Under the pieces are notes generated by a model. The model saw only the letters and a program-made list of their open reading frames with translations. It did not search any database and was not told the DNA's origin. This document shows, piece after piece, positions 58,024 through 64,000 of a DNA stretch of 64,000 nt; within the stretch, counting starts at the first letter, position 1, and each line of letters starts with the position of its first letter. A program made the position numbers and the translations under genes. The stretch is from assembly GCA_964608215.1 (NCBI GenBank), contig CAZSMV010000001.1:68083-132082 (forward strand). Reading direction: 5' to 3'. The stretch comes from an uncultured Staphylococcaceae bacterium (GTDB lineage Bacteria; Bacillota_I; Bacilli_A; RFN20; CAG-826).

Positions 58024-60414
58024 TTATGACCTAATATTTCCTTTAAATTTAACTTTAATGGTATCTTTAATTTTTTGATCTACTACATTAATTTCATCTT
58101 CTTTTAAAGTATGATCTTTTCCATCAAAAACAACATTAATTGCAATTGAAACTTTATTTTTTTCTAAATGTTCACCTTTGTAAATATCAAAAATATGAAT
58201 ATCACCTATTAGCGAACTGCTTTTTTTAATTTCGTTTTTAATATCAAGATATTTTTCACTAGCATCAACGACAAAAGCATAATCACGAGCAACTGTAGGA
58301 TATTTATTAAATTCTACAAAATGATTATTTCCTGATTTTGTCTTAAAAAGCAGCGATAAATCAAGTTCTAACAAGACAACATTTTCTTTATTTAAATCAT
58401 ATTTATTTTTTAATGTTGGGTAGATTTCGCCGAAGACAGCAAGATTTTTGCCATCTAATTTTACAATTATACTTCTATTAGGATGTAATTCTTTTGAATC
58501 TACAAGTCTTTCGTATTTTAAACGAGTTGGTTGAATATTAAACATATTAATAATAGTTTCAAAATAACCTTTGACATCATAAAAAGAATATGGACTACTA
58601 TTCATGTTGTCTTGGATAAATTTTTGTCCGCATAAGCAAATTGAAAGATGGCATCCAGTCTCTTTTTTATCATTTATTTGAGCTATTTCAAATAAACCGA
58701 AATTCTTATTTTGGTGATTAAAATTATATTGAACAACTCTAAGCATTGAGCTTAAGAGATTAGTTCTTATATATTTGTGATCTTCCGTTAATGGATGAAG
58801 TACCTCATATCCTTCATTTCTATTGAGCAAGTTAAAAGAATCGTTATCATCTTTATTTAGTAAGGTATAACTAATTATTCGATCTAACCCTTGATTTAAT
58901 AAATAATCCGCAACTACTTTTTCATACTTTCCAAATCCTGTTCTACCACCAACAGTAGTTTCCATCATTGGAAGTATTGAGTTGATTTTGTCAAAACCAT
59001 TATATCTAATTATTTCTTCGCTTAAATCTGCTTTTCCTTCTATATCAATTCTAAATGAAGGAATTATTGCAATAAATCCAGTTTCATCAACGTTTTTTGT
59101 TTTAATATAAAGTTTATTTAATGTCGAGATAATTGTTTCGTTGTCAAAGTTTGTACCTAAACGATTATTGATGTATTTAAATGTACAAGATATTTCTTTA
59201 TCTTTGTAATTTAAAATGTTGTATTCTTGAGTTTCTGAAACAGATTGAACAGAAGAATAAGTTTGAATTAAATGAGTTACAAGTTCCATAACTTCCGAAG
59301 TTTGATTTGGGTTAATTCCTTTTATAAATCTTTGTGAAGAATCGCTAGTTAATCCAAGTCTTGTGCATGTTTTTCTAATTTGTGGACCATAGAAATTAGC
59401 CACTTCAGCTAAGATATTTTTTGATTTACTAGTTACTTTACAACATTCGCAAGTCATAATGCCTGCAATACACATAACTTTTCCACCACTTGTGACTACA
59501 AGATCACCTTTTTTAATGGAATAAGTTTTTCCATCCATCGCAACAACATCGCCTTCATAATCATCCTTAACAATGAGCTCTTTTTTTGGAAGTTTATCTG
59601 CATCATACATATTTAATGGTTGACCAGAAAGAAGCATTGCGTAATTACCAATGTCAACAATATTATCAATTGATCTTATATCTTCACTTCTCAAAATGTC
59701 TCGAAGATCTTTTGGTGATTCATTTATTGTAATATTGTGAAAGTGGCGAATTGCAAATTGTTTGCAATTCGCGGTTTCTGAACCGACTTTATACTGATTA
59801 ACTACTAAATTATTACTATAATATGATGGAATTGACACTTTTCTATTAAATAATGCACCAATTTCTCGCGCAACATTATATAAAGCATACGCATCGCTTC
59901 TATTGGCTAATAATGATAAGTCTAAAATTGTATCATCAAGATTAAGGTATTTTAAAACATTTCTTTCGCCAATTGGTGCATCGCTTGGAAGCTCCTCAAT
60001 CCCACTAATTTGTTCAGGCTTTAAATTTTTTGGATCAACACCAATTTCATTTAATGCACAACACATCCCATTACTTTCTACACCCCTAATTGTTGATTTT
60101 TCAATTTTTTTATTTCCTGGGAGTATAGCTCCTGGAAGAGCAACAATTACATTTAAACCTTCTCGGCAATTTGGTGCACCACAAACAATTTGGGTTATTT
60201 CAGAACCAATATCAATTTGATTAACATGTAAATGATCACTATCTGGGTGTTTTTCGCATTTTAAAATATGACCGATAACAAGATTTGTTGCATTAGAAAG
60301 ATGGTTTATTCCTTCAACTTCAATACCTGCAGAAGTCATTTTTTTGGCAATTTCTTCAGGAGTTAAATCACTTATATCAACATATTTACTAATTTCTTTT
60401 AATGATACTAACAT
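58024..60414 (-). CDS. pheT: phenylalanyl-tRNA synthetase beta subunit
   Basis: 796 aa: N-terminal tRNA-binding OB fold, B3/B4, B5 and FDX-ACB domains. Directly follows pheS. Confidence 0.9.
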   Translation of the reverse strand: MLVSLKEISKYVDISDLTPEEIAKKMTSAGIEVEGINHLSNATNLVIGHILKCEKHPDSDHLHVNQIDIGSEITQIVCGAPNCREGLNVIVALPGAILPGNKKIEKSTIRGVESNGMCCALNEIGVDPKNLKPEQISGIEELPSDAPIGERNVLKYLNLDDTILDLSLLANRSDAYALYNVAREIGALFNRKVSIPSYYSNNLVVNQYKVGSETANCKQFAIRHFHNITINESPKDLRDILRSEDIRSIDNIVDIGNYAMLLSGQPLNMYDADKLPKKELIVKDDYEGDVVAMDGKTYSIKKGDLVVTSGGKVMCIAGIMTCECCKVTSKSKNILAEVANFYGPQIRKTCTRLGLTSDSSQRFIKGINPNQTSEVMELVTHLIQTYSSVQSVSETQEYNILNYKDKEISCTFKYINNRLGTNFDNETIISTLNKLYIKTKNVDETGFIAIIPSFRIDIEGKADLSEEIIRYNGFDKINSILPMMETTVGGRTGFGKYEKVVADYLLNQGLDRIISYTLLNKDDNDSFNLLNRNEGYEVLHPLTEDHKYIRTNLLSSMLRVVQYNFNHQNKNFGLFEIAQINDKKETGCHLSICLCGQKFIQDNMNSSPYSFYDVKGYFETIINMFNIQPTRLKYERLVDSKELHPNRSIIVKLDGKNLAVFGEIYPTLKNKYDLNKENVVLLELDLSLLFKTKSGNNHFVEFNKYPTVARDYAFVVDASEKYLDIKNEIKKSSSLIGDIHIFDIYKGEHLEKNKVSIAINVVFDGKDHTLKEDEINVVDQKIKDTIKVKFKGNIRS

Positions 60415-60417
60415 AAA

Positions 60418-61476
60418 CTAATCCTCGATTTTTTTGTTGAATTGATTGATGAATCTAATATCGTTTGCATAAATTCTACGGATATCATCAATTCCATAAC
60501 GAAGCATGGCAACTCTATCGATCCCAACTCCAAAGGCAAATCCACTATAAATTTCTGGGTCATAACCAGACATTTTCAAAACATTTGGATGAACCATTCC
60601 GGCACCTAAAATTTCAATCCATCCACTACCTTTGCAAGTTGGACAGCCCTTTCCATGACATTTAAAACAAGAAATATCGACTTCTACTGAAGGCTCAGTA
60701 AATGGAAAATATGAAGACCTAAACCTTACTTTTGAATCTTTTGAAAACATTTGTTTTGCAAATAATTCTAAAGTGCCTTTTAAGCTAGCCATATTAATGT
60801 TTTTATCAATAACTAAACCTTCAACTTGTGCAAATTGATGACTATGAGTCGTATCGTCATCATCTCTTCTATAGCATTTGCCAGGACATATAACCTTAAT
60901 TGGTTTTCCATTGGCGAGACGCATAATTTGAGGTTGCATTGAACTAGTTTGTGTTCTTAAGAGTAAATTATCATTTATATAAAATGAATCTTGCATATCT
61001 CTTGCAGGATGATCTTTTGGGATGTTAACAAGTTCAAAATTGAATTCATCACTGACAACTTCAGGACCATCATGAACCTCATAACCCATACCTATAAAAA
61101 TATCTTCTATTTCTCGAAGAACTTTATAAAATGGATTTTCATTTCCTGAATAGTAATTATTTCCAGGAAGAGTTATATCAATTGATTCTTTTTCAAGTTG
61201 TTTTTTAAGTTCTAATGATTTAGCTTCTTCAAGTTTTGAATTTATAGCTTCCTCAACTTTATTTTTAGCAGTATTTACAACTTGACCATATTTCTTCTTT
61301 GCTTCAATTGATAATTCTTTCATTTTTAGCATTAATGAAGAAATACTTCCTTTTTTAGAAAGATATTTATTTTTTATATCATTAATTTTCTCGATTGAAT
61401 CTGCATCTTTAATTTCATTTAATGCATTGTTAACTAATGATTCAATTTCTTTTTCTTCCATATATCGACTCCCCAA
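60418..61476 (-). CDS. pheS: phenylalanyl-tRNA synthetase alpha subunit
   Basis: Class II core (FPFTEPSVEVD, GAGMVHPNVL..., CxxC zinc knuckle CFKCHGKGCPTCKGSGW). 352 aa. Confidence 0.9.
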   Translation of the reverse strand: MGSRYMEEKEIESLVNNALNEIKDADSIEKINDIKNKYLSKKGSISSLMLKMKELSIEAKKKYGQVVNTAKNKVEEAINSKLEEAKSLELKKQLEKESIDITLPGNNYYSGNENPFYKVLREIEDIFIGMGYEVHDGPEVVSDEFNFELVNIPKDHPARDMQDSFYINDNLLLRTQTSSMQPQIMRLANGKPIKVICPGKCYRRDDDDTTHSHQFAQVEGLVIDKNINMASLKGTLELFAKQMFSKDSKVRFRSSYFPFTEPSVEVDISCFKCHGKGCPTCKGSGWIEILGAGMVHPNVLKMSGYDPEIYSGFAFGVGIDRVAMLRYGIDDIRRIYANDIRFINQFNKKIED

Positions 61477-61486
61477 GCAAATAAAA

Positions 61487-61747
61487 TTAACCTTTTAATC
61501 CATCTGCTTGTCTTTGCATATTTTCAACTACAACGTCACTAATTTCTCCTAATGATTGACCATATTCAAGAATTTTCCATGGTTCATTTGTATGAAAATG
61601 TATCTTAATTAAGGTGTCATCTCCAACAGCAATCAAGCAATCTCCCTTAAAATGAGTTGTAATGTATTCATTAATTTCATCTTCATTTAACCCTTTTCCA
61701 TTAATTAATAATTGAGTATCAAATTTAAATTCTAATTGTTCAGCCAT
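61487..61747 (-). CDS. hypothetical 86-aa protein, first ORF after the Phe T-box leader
   Basis: Good SD (AAAAAGGAG, 8 nt, ATG) immediately after the T-box terminator. 10-nt gap to pheS. No motif recognised. Confidence 0.5.
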   Translation of the reverse strand: MAEQLEFKFDTQLLINGKGLNEDEINEYITTHFKGDCLIAVGDDTLIKIHFHTNEPWKILEYGQSLGEISDVVVENMQRQADGLKG

Positions 61748-61759
61748 ATTTTTTTCTCC

Positions 61760-62015
61760 TTTTTAAAATAAAAAAGAACTAGTTAGGAGCGAATAAATCC
61801 GCGGTACCATCCTAATTCTTATTACACTTAATTAACATATTTAACGCATATGTGCGGGTTCATCAAACCTGCTCCAAGGTGAATTCATAAGTTCTAAATG
61901 AAGTTATTCCACCATCAACTTCTCTCTATAAGTTAGTAAACTTATTACTACTCCTCTTCAACACAAAATGATTATATCATAAACAAAGTTATAAAAAATT
62001 AGATTTTAAGCACTA
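61760..62015 (-). promoter_or_regulatory. T-box riboswitch leader of the (orf86)-pheS-pheT operon (Phe specifier candidate UUC)
   Basis: Minus strand has the extended -10 TGATATAAT, then the AGAGAGAAG box, the candidate specifier loop GGAATAACUUCAUUU, the T-box AATTAGGATGGTACCGCGG, and a T-run CTAACTAGTTCTTTTTTATTTT before the SD. Confidence 0.75.
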
Positions 62016-62017
62016 AA

Positions 62018-62045
62018 TACGATTATGCATTTAGTGTCGAAAGCA
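62018..62045 (-). terminator. hairpin terminator after the trmH-like gene
   Basis: CACTAAAT-acgattatgc-ATTTAGTG with T-rich minus-strand flank. Confidence 0.5.
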
Positions 62046-62049
62046 TTTT

Positions 62050-62790
62050 CTAATTTTTAAATTTATATAAAACAATTCCTGCCGCAACTCCAACATTTAA
62101 CGAATCAATATCTTTAATTTCTATAAAAACTTTATAATCAGCTAAATCTTGAACTTCTTTTCTTACTCCATTTCCTTCGTTACCGAACACATAAATATAT
62201 TTTTCATTTGCTTTTTTATTAAAACATGCGAGACTAATTGAATCTTTTGCGAGTGTAGTTACAACAATTTTATAACCTTTTTTCTTGTATTCTTTAAGAT
62301 TGTTAATATCAAAAGATTCAACATTTAAATTAAAAATTGCGCCTTGTGATGCTTGCACAACTTTTTCATTATATTTATTTACTGAATCTTTACTCAAAAG
62401 AATGTTTAAGTAAGAAAAAGCAAGAGCAGAACGCATTATTGTTCCTAAATTTCCAGGATCTTGTATGCAGTCCAAGCATATTAAATCATTTTTGGTTTCT
62501 ATTTTATCATTAATAAAGTTGCAAACAGCTATAACATTAGGCGCTGATTTGTTTGAACTAATTTTTTCAAGGATATCTTTTGTTACAATATATTGATCAA
62601 CATCTTTATTGATAGAATTAATATGCTTTGTTGTTAAGACATAAACTAAATTATTGGCATTGTTTGCCATTTCCAAAAGATGTTCGCCCTCAATAATAAA
62701 TTGCCTTTTTTCTTGCTGAGTTTTATTTTTCTTTAATTCAATTGTATCAATTACAATTTTATTTTTTCTACTAGTTATATACTGAATCAT
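62050..62790 (-). CDS. SpoU/TrmH-family RNA 2'-O-methyltransferase (YsgA-like)
   Basis: SPOUT C-terminal motifs (VFGNEGNGV, LNVGVAAGIVLY). It lies upstream of pheS as Bacillus ysgA does. Confidence 0.8.
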   Translation of the reverse strand: MIQYITSRKNKIVIDTIELKKNKTQQEKRQFIIEGEHLLEMANNANNLVYVLTTKHINSINKDVDQYIVTKDILEKISSNKSAPNVIAVCNFINDKIETKNDLICLDCIQDPGNLGTIMRSALAFSYLNILLSKDSVNKYNEKVVQASQGAIFNLNVESFDINNLKEYKKKGYKIVVTTLAKDSISLACFNKKANEKYIYVFGNEGNGVRKEVQDLADYKVFIEIKDIDSLNVGVAAGIVLYKFKN

Positions 62791-62792
62791 TA

Positions 62793-63431
62793 CTATTTAT
62801 TTACCTCATTAAATTTTTGAAGTCTCAATGCTTTATGAATCTCATCATAATTAGGACAATATTTATAAACAAAATTATAAAAATCATCTGAATGGTCATA
62901 ATAAAAATTGTGAGCCAATTCATGAATTATAATAGCATCTATAATCTTTTTAGAAAAATGAATTAAAAAAGAATTTATTGTTATATGATGTGTATTTCTA
63001 CTATTACTTCCATATCTTGTTGATACAAATCTAGTTGTTAATCTATATGGTGTTTTTATGTTCATTAAATTTTCGAAAAATCTTAGCCTTGATTCAATAT
63101 ATGGTTTAAAAAATTTATCTATATCTTTGTAAAAAGTATCTTTATTAAATAAGATGTGATGTCCATCGATTACAACAAATTTTGATGTTATATCTTGTTT
63201 AATTCCATATACATAACAATATTCATCATTCATAGGTGCTTCTAATAGTGGTTTCTTTCTAGATTTATGATTAGAAATTACTTTTTCTAAGTATTCTACA
63301 CTACAAAAATATGGGCACCTAATCATGTAAATGCCATCTTTGATAACCCATCGAATTGATTTAATTTTCTTTCTTTCTATTATTGCCAATTCTTTGTTGC
63401 CGTTGATGTCTAAATACACCTCTTTTTTCAT
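62793..63431 (-). CDS. YgjP-like (DUF45/M48-related) zinc metallopeptidase
   Basis: Carries the HELAHNFYYDHSDDF (HExxH...H) signature of the YgjP/WLM-like family. 212 aa. Confidence 0.6.
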   Translation of the reverse strand: MKKEVYLDINGNKELAIIERKKIKSIRWVIKDGIYMIRCPYFCSVEYLEKVISNHKSRKKPLLEAPMNDEYCYVYGIKQDITSKFVVIDGHHILFNKDTFYKDIDKFFKPYIESRLRFFENLMNIKTPYRLTTRFVSTRYGSNSRNTHHITINSFLIHFSKKIIDAIIIHELAHNFYYDHSDDFYNFVYKYCPNYDEIHKALRLQKFNEVNK

Positions 63432-63486
63432 ATGGAATTATTATAAAGAAATCAATATAATATTGAAAGCAAACGAAAGGAATTTT

Positions 63487-64000
63487 ATGGAAACTATCAT
63501 TGTAAGTGCTTGTTTACTTGGGGATAAATGTCGTTATGATGGAAAGGATAATTACAACGAAAAAGTTAAATTTTTAAGGGAACACTTCAATATTGTGCCT
63601 GTTTGCCCTGAAGTTTTGGGTGGAATGTCTACTCCTAGAATTCCTTGTGAAATTAAAAATAATATTGTAATTAATAAAAATGGAAAAGATGTGACTCATT
63701 GCTTTAAAAAAGGCGCTGAAGCTGTTTTAAATGTTGTCAAATATCTTCATATTAAAAAAGCTGTTTTGGTTGATCATTCCCCATCTTGTGGAGTTTATAA
63801 GATTCATAATGGAAATTTTAATAATGTCTTAGTTAATGGTGAAGGTTTTACAACTAGAGAGTTAAAAAGAATTGGAGTTAAATGTTTTACAATTGATGAA
63901 GTTGAAAAAATGATTGATCCAACTCTAAAAGAAATTTTTGAGATGAAGGATGAAGAAAAGCGAAAAAAAGAAGCGGAGAAAGAAGCTAAAATAGCTAAAA
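63487..64000 (+). CDS. DUF523 (YbbK/TudS-like) family protein, 5' part; continues past window end
   Basis: METIIVSACLLGDKCRYDGKDNY...CPEVLGGMSTPR...HSPSCG is the conserved Cys pattern of DUF523 proteins. The ORF is open to the window end. Confidence 0.6.
   Translation, partial: METIIVSACLLGDKCRYDGKDNYNEKVKFLREHFNIVPVCPEVLGGMSTPRIPCEIKNNIVINKNGKDVTHCFKKGAEAVLNVVKYLHIKKAVLVDHSPSCGVYKIHNGNFNNVLVNGEGFTTRELKRIGVKCFTIDEVEKMIDPTLKEIFEMKDEEKRKKEAEKEAKIAK

Noticed and set aside
1-64000. CRISPR arrays, rRNA or tRNA genes, IS elements or transposases
   Set aside because: I saw no periodic repeat-spacer structure, no tRNA-like cloverleaf signatures (T-loop GTTCGAAT-like motifs in context), no rRNA-like conserved stretches, and no transposase-like ORFs. 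Every intergenic gap longer than ~100 nt was inspected.

Overview
This window is a strongly AT-rich bacterial chromosome segment that reads cleanly with the standard genetic code. Large proteins such as IleS, ValS, Lon, SecDF and ParC are intact with UGA as a stop and Trp written TGG, so this is not a UGA=Trp Mycoplasma. Almost every gene is housekeeping. Gene order reproduces several Bacillus-type blocks: yneF ... plsY-parE-parC; yqeG-yqeH-yhbY-(nadD/yqeK)-rsfS; asp23-nusB-xseA-xseB; secDF-recJ-rel-hisS-aspS; ruvAB; obg; rplU-prp-rpmA; tig-lon-engB-valS; ileS-lspA-rluD; mraZ-rsmH-ftsL-like-ftsA-ftsZ; trmH-like-pheST ... rnhC-mutS2-uvrC. The division cluster contains no mur, pbp or ftsW genes. 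By inference this is a wall-less, Acholeplasma-like Mollicute that kept the standard code. I saw no rRNA, tRNA, CRISPR array, transposase, integrase cassette or phage genes. RNA and regulatory elements supported by sequence are two T-box leaders (ileS and the pheST operon), an L21-leader-like region behind a near-consensus promoter, and several intrinsic terminators. I did not find a convincing novel multi-gene system; the window looks like core genome. The best leads are: (i) a catalytically degenerate NadD-like domain fused to the YqeK HD hydrolase; (ii) a solitary, possibly MazF/PemK-like protein with no antitoxin next to a 300-bp noncoding tract; (iii) an SBP+permease ABC importer lacking its ATPase in the deoB operon; (iv) an unannotatable 86-aa ORF between the Phe T-box and pheS; (v) a perfect 18-bp palindrome filling the tig promoter spacer; (vi) several uncharacterised small or medium ORFs coupled to uvrC, pheT and valS.
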